Source: an uncultured Methanosarcinales archaeon (GTDB taxonomy: Archaea > Nanobdellota > Nanobdellia > Woesearchaeales > GW2011-AR4). Taken from it: DNA of 64,000 nucleotides. Below the pieces are notes generated by a model. That model was not told the DNA's origin. It saw nothing but the letters and a program-made list of their open reading frames with translations, and did no database searches. Both the position numbers and the translations under genes were made by a program. This document shows positions 57,247 to 64,000 of the stretch, piece after piece. The stretch spans positions 71,530-135,529 of the forward strand of contig CAYTKI010000010.1 in NCBI GenBank assembly GCA_964438385.1, in the 5' to 3' direction. Each line of letters starts with the position of its first letter. Position 1 is the first letter of the stretch.

Positions 57247-57396
57247 TCACTCCAACACCATCCCGCACTTCCCGCAGTAGTACTCCCCCGTGTCATGCTC
57301 TATATCCGTTGATCCGCAGTCGGGGCACTTGCGCACAAGATTCTCGTGCTCAAGCTCATCGAGCGGCTTTGGAAGCCCTTTCCCTCGTTTTGCCAT
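57247..57396 (-). CDS. 49-aa TFIIB-type zinc-ribbon mini-protein, unannotated in the ORF track
   Basis: Hand translation gives MAKRGKGLPKPLDELEHENLVRKCPDCGSTDIEHDTGEYYCGKCGMVLE. CPDCGS..I..D..GE..C..CG.V is the TFB/TFIIB N-terminal zinc-ribbon pattern. A TATA-like TTTAAAAA lies about 30 nt upstream of the ATG (leaderless geometry). Confidence 0.45.
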   Translation of the reverse strand: MAKRGKGLPKPLDELEHENLVRKCPDCGSTDIEHDTGEYYCGKCGMVLE

Positions 57397-57438
57397 AGAC
57401 GATAATGGAGGATTTTTGTTTTTAAAGGTTTTGGTGGC

Positions 57439-59496
57439 TTAAGCGAAAACCCTGCTCACATGCTCCTGCTTCACCACCCGAATCACCTTGTCCACAAAGC
57501 TCTCGATCTTCGGCTCATGGGAGACTAGGATGATTTGCTTGATGTGCAGCATCTCAAGCACCTCACGCACCTTGTCGAGCTGCTCGGTGGAAAACCCATC
57601 CGTCGGCTCATCAAGCATGAGAATATCCTTGGTTTTTATCTCAGCGACAATGTCATTAATGACCTTATTGAGCGCGAGGCGATACGAGAGCGCAACTGAT
57701 GTCTTCTCCCCTCCGCTCAAATTGTCAATGGATGTCTCATAGCCATCCTGCTCAATCTGGGGTGTGAACTCATCATCAAGCCGAACCGAGAGCATCTCAT
57801 CCTCCATTAATGTTGAGAACCAGCTCTTGAACAATTCAGAGAATTCCTTGTTTATCTGAAGCATCACATGGCGCTCAATGGTGAGCATCAGGTTCATGAA
57901 GAATTCACTGAGCCACTCATGCAGCTCCCTTAGCTTTCTTAGCTTCTCAAGCGCATCGGTTTTTTCCCTGATGTCCTTGCCGATAATTGAGAGGATGCGC
58001 TCAATGCCTTCCGCCTCCTTCTTCACGCTTGTGTGCTCAAGCTCAATCTTTCGCTCTTCCTGCCTTGCCAAATCAAGCTCCTTCCTTGCCGCCGTATACT
58101 TCTGCTCGGTATCCTTCTTGTGCTCAAGCATAATGCTGAGTTCAAGTTTTCTAATATTGATCTGGCCCAGCTCTTTCTTGAGCAACTCCCGGGAATTCTC
58201 TTTTTCACTCTTATCGCGCTGCCTCCGTTCAAGCGCCTGAATCTTCGCCTTGATGGCTAACGTTTCTCCCTGCTTTTTCCTTAGCACATCAAGGTCTTTT
58301 TGCAATGTTTCTATTGCATCAATTGCGAGCTTTTCATGCTCTTTATTTTTTTCAATAATTTGGGTGAATTCTTTTTGCTTTCTTGCCTCATCATCCGCAA
58401 TTGACCTCTTGTGCTCGTGGGTGACCTGCTGCATGCACAGCGGGCAGTTCTCAAGGCGCTGCACTTTGCCAGAGGTCTCCTCGCTCTGCTCTTTTTTTGC
58501 CATTTGTGAGCTTATGGAATGGCGGATTGTCCTCAATTCATTCTCTTCCGCAAAAAGTTGTGCTCTTCTCCCCATGATTACTGGCTCGCAATCCTGCGGC
58601 TCTTTTCCCAAAACTTCCGCTTGAAGATGGGAAATCTCCTTTTCCATCCGCTCAAGTTCGATGGCAGTGCGCCTGCGCTGCTCAAGGATAGCGCCATTCT
58701 TCGCCTCAAGCGCTGCAAATTCCCGCTTGAGCGCATTTAGTTCAATCGCTTCCTTCTCTATCTTTTCAACGCTTCCCGCTTTTTCCTGCACCTGCATTTT
58801 CGCAGCCAAAAGCGCGGGCTGTATAATCCTCATCTTTTCTGTTAGCTTCTCCTGCTCGCAAGCAAGCTGATCCTGCTCTTTTTTCTTCTCGGCGAGATTT
58901 GCGCAAAAGCCCTCCAATTCTTTTCGCCTCTCTTTTAGTGTCCCAAGGATGATGATAGTGTTCTCTCGGATGCGCTTGTACTTGTCCACATTGAACACCC
59001 TTCGCAGGATGTCAAGGCGCTCCTCCTTTTTTGCATAGAGGATATCCTTCATGGCTTCCTGCGGAGTATAGACGGTGTAGCGATAGACAAGGTCCTTGCT
59101 CTTGCCCACAAGATCCTTTGGATAGCCAAGAATTTCAAAGATGATGGCGCGCAGCTCTTTTGGGGTTGCGTCTTTTTTCACCCCGCCCCTGATGATATAG
59201 CCCGCCTCCTGCCCGATGCCCTGCGCGGTTTGCTTGAGCACACGCTTGATGAGAATCTCTTCCTTCTCAACTGAGAACTCAAGCTCAACAGATCCCTCGC
59301 GCTTGCCATGGCGCAAGAGCGAACTGCCGGGCAATTCCTGCGTCTTGATGCCGAAGAGCGCGAATTCAATCGCAAGAAGCACGGTTGATTTACCCGAGCC
59401 GATATCGCCTGCGAGCAAAACAGACCCTTCGGGGAACTCTATGGTGGCATCAGTATAGCTGCGGATATTGCTCAGTCTGAGGCGCTTGAGAATCAT
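57439..59496 (-). CDS. rad50: Rad50/SbcC-family SMC-like ATPase with CxxC zinc hook
   Basis: Walker A GDIGSGKST, a coiled coil with the hook LENCPLCMQQV, signature SGGEKTSVALSYRLAL, D-loop LMLDEPTDGFS and H-loop ILVSHE. Start trimmed to MILKRLRL. No mre11 is adjacent. Confidence 0.8.
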   Translation of the reverse strand: MILKRLRLSNIRSYTDATIEFPEGSVLLAGDIGSGKSTVLLAIEFALFGIKTQELPGSSLLRHGKREGSVELEFSVEKEEILIKRVLKQTAQGIGQEAGYIIRGGVKKDATPKELRAIIFEILGYPKDLVGKSKDLVYRYTVYTPQEAMKDILYAKKEERLDILRRVFNVDKYKRIRENTIIILGTLKERRKELEGFCANLAEKKKEQDQLACEQEKLTEKMRIIQPALLAAKMQVQEKAGSVEKIEKEAIELNALKREFAALEAKNGAILEQRRRTAIELERMEKEISHLQAEVLGKEPQDCEPVIMGRRAQLFAEENELRTIRHSISSQMAKKEQSEETSGKVQRLENCPLCMQQVTHEHKRSIADDEARKQKEFTQIIEKNKEHEKLAIDAIETLQKDLDVLRKKQGETLAIKAKIQALERRQRDKSEKENSRELLKKELGQINIRKLELSIMLEHKKDTEQKYTAARKELDLARQEERKIELEHTSVKKEAEGIERILSIIGKDIREKTDALEKLRKLRELHEWLSEFFMNLMLTIERHVMLQINKEFSELFKSWFSTLMEDEMLSVRLDDEFTPQIEQDGYETSIDNLSGGEKTSVALSYRLALNKVINDIVAEIKTKDILMLDEPTDGFSTEQLDKVREVLEMLHIKQIILVSHEPKIESFVDKVIRVVKQEHVSRVFA

Positions 59497-59701
59497 TGTC
59501 CACTCCCTTGTATGGTAATCAACGGCAAGTATAAAAATGTTCATCTCTAAGTTCTCTTTTAGGTCAAAATAACCGATACTTTTTTAAATAAACCCTCCCA
59601 TCCACACCCTAAATATAACTTAAAACAAACGAAGGCTTGTTCTAGGAATCTTTAGCGAATCTCGGAAACTTGCCCTTCAAAACACAACAGGTGAAGTAAA
59701 C

Positions 59702-59905
59702 ATGGAAGGACATCGATCAGGCGGACATAGGGGAGGAGGGCATGGAGGAGACCGCGGAGGCGGAGCAGGATTCGGACCTCGCGAGATGCACGATGCGACA
59801 TGCGCAGACTGCGGCCAGAACACCCAAGTTCCTTTCAAGCCCGCAGCTGGCAGGCCAGTATACTGCCGCGAGTGCTATAGGAAAAGAAGGGATTCCCCTC
59901 AGTAA
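59702..59905 (+). CDS. small Gly/Arg/His-rich protein with a C-terminal CxxC...CxxC zinc ribbon
   Basis: GGHRGGGHGGDRGGG low-complexity N-terminus, then CADCGQNTQVPFKPAAGRPVYCRECY. SD AGGTGA sits upstream. Confidence 0.5.
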   Translation: MEGHRSGGHRGGGHGGDRGGGAGFGPREMHDATCADCGQNTQVPFKPAAGRPVYCRECYRKRRDSPQ

Positions 59906-60026
59906 ATCCAATAAATCCCAATCACTAAAGGATTTATCAGGGCTGTTTTTTTATTTTTTATTTCTTTTATCTTTTATTTTCCAGAAAACTATAAGAGTTA
60001 TCTACTATTATTTTGTTTCTTCTAGG

Positions 60027-61619
60027 TTAGTGTTGCATTCTTTTTGTTTCCTCCCTAAACACCATTTCCCTCCTCTTCCTCGAGTAACCCAATGCAAAAG
60101 TGTGCACAGAATCCCGAATCCCCCTCAGAAGAAGCATCATGCGCCCATTCTTCTCAAAGCGAAGAGGCGCCTGGGTGTGTGGAAGATAAATCTCCTCATT
60201 CTCTTTTGCAAGGGCGATGATTGGGATCGCAAGGCCAAGCTCCTCCAATGAAGAGAGCGCGGATGTGAGCTGTCCCACCCCCCCGTCTATGATGATAAGG
60301 TTTGGAAGTGCCGCATTCTCCTCAAGAAGCCGCTTATACCTGCGATGGACTGCTTCCTTCATCGATGCGAAATCATCCTGTGCTTCAACAGTTTTCATTC
60401 TGAACTTGCGATAGCCAGATTTGTTTGGCTTCCCATCGACCCACTGCACCATCCCAGCGACGATATGGTCGGATCCAAGGTTTGAGATGTCAAAGCACTC
60501 GATGATGCGGGGAAGCGAGGGCAGCAGGAGTTTTTCCTTTAGCTCATGCAAGGTCGGATTCTCAATTCCCATCTCAAGATTCTTCCTCGCAAGTTCCACG
60601 AGTCCTTTTTTGTCTCCCCGCTGCGGGCAGGTGATGGTAACAGAAGAACCCTTCAATTGGGAAAAATAGCTTTCAAGAATGATTTTTTCTTCCTCAGTTT
60701 TCCAAATCTCTGATTCCATAAGGATTTCATGTGGGATATAGGCCTGCGAATACAGCGCCTTCAAAAAGCTCTCAGCAATATTTTCCTCAAAGTCAAATCG
60801 GTACTCTTTTTTTCCGAGAATCACGCCTTTTGATATCGGGAGCACAAGAAAGTGCATCCTCTCCCCTGCATGAATGGAAGCAATGGCATCCTGATCGTGC
60901 CTTTTGATGAGATCAACTTTCTGCTTCTGCTCAACGGAATGGATGGCTTCAATTTGCCTTTTTTTCACAAGCGCGGCCTCGAATTTTAAGGAGGATGATG
61001 CCTCTTTCATTTCCTTCTCAAGTTTTGTTAGGACTTCTTTGGTGTTTCCTTTAAGGAAAGAGAGCGCATCCTGTGCCTGCTTTCCGTATTCTTCCTTTGA
61101 TACTTTCTTGATGCAGGGAGCGGTGCAAAGCCCGATGTGGTAGTTGAGGCACGCGCGCCTAGGAAGCGTCTTGCACACGCGCAGTTTGAAGAGGGATACT
61201 GTTAGCTCCTGAAGCGCTGATCTTACCGAGCCGTCCACATAGGGGCCGAAATAGGTTCCTTTCTTTCCCGCCTTGCGTGTGGTGAGAAGACGAGGATACG
61301 ATTCATCTGTCATCACCAGATACGCATAGGTCTTCCCATCCTTTAGGCTGATGTTGTATTTGGGCGAGTGCTGCTTGATGAGCTTATTTTCAAGAAGCAG
61401 CGCCTCGACTTCATTGTCAACAACGATGAAGTCCATTGACGCTATTTTGCTCACCAGAAGCGCGGTCTTTGGCGAGTGGTTTTTTGATTGGAAGTAGCTC
61501 GAAACCCGATATTTGAGATTCTTCGCCTTACCCGCATAGATGATCTCCCCATCTGAGTCTTTGAAGAGATAGACGCCGGGGAATTTTGGGAGGCCAGAGA
61601 CGATTACCTGAAGGTCCAT
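60027..61619 (-). CDS. uvrC: excinuclease ABC subunit C
   Basis: N-terminal GIY-YIG (GVYLFKDSDGEIIYAGKAKNLKYR), a UvrBC-interaction region, a C-terminal RNase H-like endonuclease domain and HhH. Confidence 0.85.
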   Translation of the reverse strand: MDLQVIVSGLPKFPGVYLFKDSDGEIIYAGKAKNLKYRVSSYFQSKNHSPKTALLVSKIASMDFIVVDNEVEALLLENKLIKQHSPKYNISLKDGKTYAYLVMTDESYPRLLTTRKAGKKGTYFGPYVDGSVRSALQELTVSLFKLRVCKTLPRRACLNYHIGLCTAPCIKKVSKEEYGKQAQDALSFLKGNTKEVLTKLEKEMKEASSSLKFEAALVKKRQIEAIHSVEQKQKVDLIKRHDQDAIASIHAGERMHFLVLPISKGVILGKKEYRFDFEENIAESFLKALYSQAYIPHEILMESEIWKTEEEKIILESYFSQLKGSSVTITCPQRGDKKGLVELARKNLEMGIENPTLHELKEKLLLPSLPRIIECFDISNLGSDHIVAGMVQWVDGKPNKSGYRKFRMKTVEAQDDFASMKEAVHRRYKRLLEENAALPNLIIIDGGVGQLTSALSSLEELGLAIPIIALAKENEEIYLPHTQAPLRFEKNGRMMLLLRGIRDSVHTFALGYSRKRREMVFREETKRMQH

Positions 61620-61750
61620 GTTTATCCAAGGATGATGGGCCCTATAAAAAGAATGTGCTAGGGGAGCAAGGAAATGGGAACAGACATTGGGAAACTCTTT
61701 GCCGAGAGAAAACCGATATTTTTATATAGTTTAGCAGGAATGGAATTAGT

Positions 61751-61885
61751 ATGGAAACAGTAACAATCCCACGAGCGGAATATGAGCGTCTAAAGAAGCT
61801 AGAGGAGCTCGATTTTGACCTCATTAGACAGTTTTCCAGCAGCCTAGAAGACCTAAAGAACGGCAGATTCAAGAGACTTGCTTAG
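61751..61885 (+). CDS. 44-aa antitoxin-like small ORF, unannotated in the ORF track
   Basis: Hand translation gives METVTIPRAEYERLKKLEELDFDLIRQFSSSLEDLKNGRFKRLA. Its 3-prime end overlaps the convergent RelE-like ORF by 17 nt. Confidence 0.3.
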   Translation: METVTIPRAEYERLKKLEELDFDLIRQFSSSLEDLKNGRFKRLA

Positions 61886-62186
61886 CGATTTTCTCAGCCA
61901 TTTTACGATACTCATCTAATTGTTCTTTGATGCGGTCAATCGTGTCCTGCTGATCTTTCTTTCCACTGGCTGCGACAAGCAAAACGAGTTTCAAATCCTC
62001 GTAAATCAGGTAATAAACGCGCTTTTCTTTGATGCGTTTTTCCCTCAGGAACTTATAGCCAAGAGGATCTCCGGACAGTGGGCTTTCCGCGAGATTTTTT
62101 GGGATCTTGTCGGCAATTTTCCTATACTCATTTGGCCACTTGCCGAGTTCTTTGGTGTAGGTGTTTGTTCCAATGACGATGAACAT
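61869..62186 (-). CDS. RelE/ParE-like toxin-fold protein
   Basis: FIVIGTNTYTKELGKWPNEYRKIADKIPKNLAESPL...GYKFLREKRIKEKRVYYLIYEDLKLVLLVAAS has RelE/ParE-like spacing. Start trimmed to MFIV. It lies directly downstream of uvrA. Confidence 0.4.
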   Translation of the reverse strand: MFIVIGTNTYTKELGKWPNEYRKIADKIPKNLAESPLSGDPLGYKFLREKRIKEKRVYYLIYEDLKLVLLVAASGKKDQQDTIDRIKEQLDEYRKMAEKIAKQVS

Positions 62187-62218
62187 GGATGTTTTAAGGG
62201 AAGGGCTTCTATAAATAT

Positions 62219-64000
62219 CTATTTGTGATGTGCCCAATTTTGCCGCCCATCAAGAATCCTTCCCAAAAACCTCCCAGTGTGCGACTTTTCAACCCGGCAC
62301 ACCTCCTCAGGTGTCCCAACAGCAACTATCTCCCCTCCAGCATTCCCTCCCTCGGGACCCAAATCAATTAGGTAGTCGCAGCATTTGACCACATCCAAAT
62401 TGTGCTCGATAACATACGCAGTGTTTCCCTTCTCAACCAGACGATTGAGAACAGTTATCAATTTGCGCACATCCTCAAAATGAAGGCCGGTTGTCGGCTC
62501 ATCGAGAAGATAGATTGTTCCTGATTTTTTGAACTTGGAAAGCTCGCGCGTAATCTTGATCCTTTGCGACTCTCCTCCTGAAAGAGTTGTTGAGCTCTGC
62601 CCAAGCTTGATGTAGCCAAGTCCCACATCATTAAGCACCTGGAGCTTTCTCATGATGGGGGGGTGGTTCTCAAAGAACGTGAGCGCCTCTTCAACGCTCA
62701 TGCCCAAGACATCGGAAATCGTGCGCTCTCTATAAAGGATATTAAGGGTTTCTTTGTTATATCTTTTTCCCTTGCACTCTTCGCACGTCACATAGACATC
62801 GGGAAGGAAGTTCATCTCAATCTTAATCACGCCATCTCCCTGGCAGCCCTCGCATCGTCCGCCTTTGACATTGAAAGAGAACCTCCCTTCGGCATATCCC
62901 CTTGCCTTCGCCTCTTTGGCCTGGGCGAAGATTTTCCGTATCTCATCAAAGAGTTTAGTATAGGTCGCGGGATTTGACCTGGGCGTTCTTCCGATTGGGT
63001 CCTGGTTGATGACAATCACATCCCTCACTCCATTTGGGATGGAGAGCGAGGAATGGGACCCTATTTTTCCAGCAGCATAGCCAAAATGCTTGTTGAGCGA
63101 GGGGATAAGGGTCTGGCTCAGAAGCGTAGATTTTCCCGAGCCGGAAACTCCGGTGATGCCGCAGAGAACTCCAATGGGGAACCTGATATCAAGATCCTTG
63201 AGGTTATTCTCCTTCGCTCCCTTAAGCGCGATGAACTCCCTTGGGGTTCTTCTTGTGCTTGGAGTTCCTATCCTCTTTTTTCCGGAAAGGTATTGCCCAG
63301 TCAAGCTTTCCTTATTTTTCGCAATCTCTTCCGGTGTTCCCTTGGCGCACACATGGCCGCCGTGCTCACCGGCTCCGGGGCCCATATCCAATACATAGTC
63401 CGCTGCTCGAATGGTGTCCTCATCGTGCTCAACGACAATGAGGGTGTTTCCCAGATCTCTCAATCTATGGAGCGTAGAGATGAGCTTTTCATTGTCCCGC
63501 TGATGGAGACCGATTGATGGCTCATCAAGGATGTAGAGCACGCCCATTAGGTTTGATCCTATTTGCGTGGCTAATCTGATTCGTTGGGCCTCCCCTCCTG
63601 AGAGTGTCCGTGCGCTTCGTGAGAGCGAAAGGTAATTCAGTCCGACATTTGCAAGAAAGCCAAGTCGCTCATTGACTTCCTTAAGGACCTGCTTTGCGAT
63701 GAACTGCTCTTTTTGGGAAAGTTTCTGGGAAAGCCCTCCAAAAAAAAGCGCGGCATCATCAATGCTCAGCTCGCACACATCCATAATTGACTTGGATTGG
63801 ATTTTCACCGCAAGAATTGTGTCCTTGAGCTTTCTTCCCTTGCATTGCTTGCAGGGCGTCCCTATCATGAGTTTTTCAATATCCTCTTTTCTGCTTTCAG
63901 ACTCTGAATTCTTGTAGAGCCGCATGGTCTGGGGAATAACTCCTTCCCATCCCTCATTAAGAGACATGCGATCTCCCGTAGACCATCTCCCAACCAACCG
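62219..64000 (-). CDS. uvrA: excinuclease ABC subunit A, C-terminal about 590 aa; the N-terminus lies beyond the window end
   Basis: Two ABC ATPase modules with zinc-finger insertions (CxxC pairs), ABC signatures LSGGEAQRIRLA and LSGGESQRIKI, and Walker A GVSGSGKST. The ORF is open to the window edge. Confidence 0.9.
   Translation of the reverse strand, partial: RLVGRWSTGDRMSLNEGWEGVIPQTMRLYKNSESESRKEDIEKLMIGTPCKQCKGRKLKDTILAVKIQSKSIMDVCELSIDDAALFFGGLSQKLSQKEQFIAKQVLKEVNERLGFLANVGLNYLSLSRSARTLSGGEAQRIRLATQIGSNLMGVLYILDEPSIGLHQRDNEKLISTLHRLRDLGNTLIVVEHDEDTIRAADYVLDMGPGAGEHGGHVCAKGTPEEIAKNKESLTGQYLSGKKRIGTPSTRRTPREFIALKGAKENNLKDLDIRFPIGVLCGITGVSGSGKSTLLSQTLIPSLNKHFGYAAGKIGSHSSLSIPNGVRDVIVINQDPIGRTPRSNPATYTKLFDEIRKIFAQAKEAKARGYAEGRFSFNVKGGRCEGCQGDGVIKIEMNFLPDVYVTCEECKGKRYNKETLNILYRERTISDVLGMSVEEALTFFENHPPIMRKLQVLNDVGLGYIKLGQSSTTLSGGESQRIKITRELSKFKKSGTIYLLDEPTTGLHFEDVRKLITVLNRLVEKGNTAYVIEHNLDVVKCCDYLIDLGPEGGNAGGEIVAVGTPEEVCRVEKSHTGRFLGRILDGRQNWAHHK

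Overview
This window is a chromosomal segment from an archaeon. The evidence is a class II tRNA-Ser with a 17-nt canonical intron, EF-1alpha/EF-2/S10 and L7Ae-S28e-L24e-NDK gene strings, L44e, archease, EndoQ-like nuclease, Hjc-like fold, Rad50 with zinc hook, SRP54 and BRE/TATA-type promoters followed by short SD leaders. GC is moderate (about 50% by eye), with a few clearly AT-rich islets. Coding density is high and mostly on the minus strand.

Major blocks:
- Archease with a coupled upstream ORF, then a ParA-like ATPase divergent from a membrane-anchored Hjc-like nuclease.
- A roughly 9.3-kb same-strand Fe-S/sulfur-trafficking island: DUF1858-HesB fusion, NcsA/TtuA-like tRNA thiolase with a ThiS-like carrier ending in GG, HesB, SufC, SufU, SufS, SufD, an intein-containing SufB and a Cys-containing HTH regulator.
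- A nucleotide-metabolism cluster: malate dehydrogenase, dCMP deaminase, P-loop kinase and a bacterial-type NrdR.
- An EndoQ-like nuclease, two paralogous GT2-TPR glycosyltransferases, SRP54 and an adjacent GC-rich structured non-coding segment.
- A FIST / small-membrane-protein / histidine kinase / receiver signalling module.
- thrS, a low-GC islet carrying a Cys-rich small protein, and a Bat-like AbrB-vWA-vWA-membrane ... MoxR-DUF58 module interrupted by a 7-mer tandem repeat.
- A VapBC toxin-antitoxin pair, a large S-layer protein followed by an array of T5 tracts, a radical SAM enzyme, L44e, a GT39-like glycosyltransferase, a CorA with a GTN signature, and folP-folB-folK.
- The translation gene strings, an orphan Rad50 followed by a TFIIB-type zinc-ribbon mini-ORF that the ORF track missed, uvrC, a RelE-like toxin and a partial uvrA.

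No CRISPR array, rRNA gene, transposase or integrase is visible. The only mobile element I can support is the LAGLIDADG intein in SufB. Several small ORFs and non-coding structured elements fall below the ORF-track threshold and are reported as findings.
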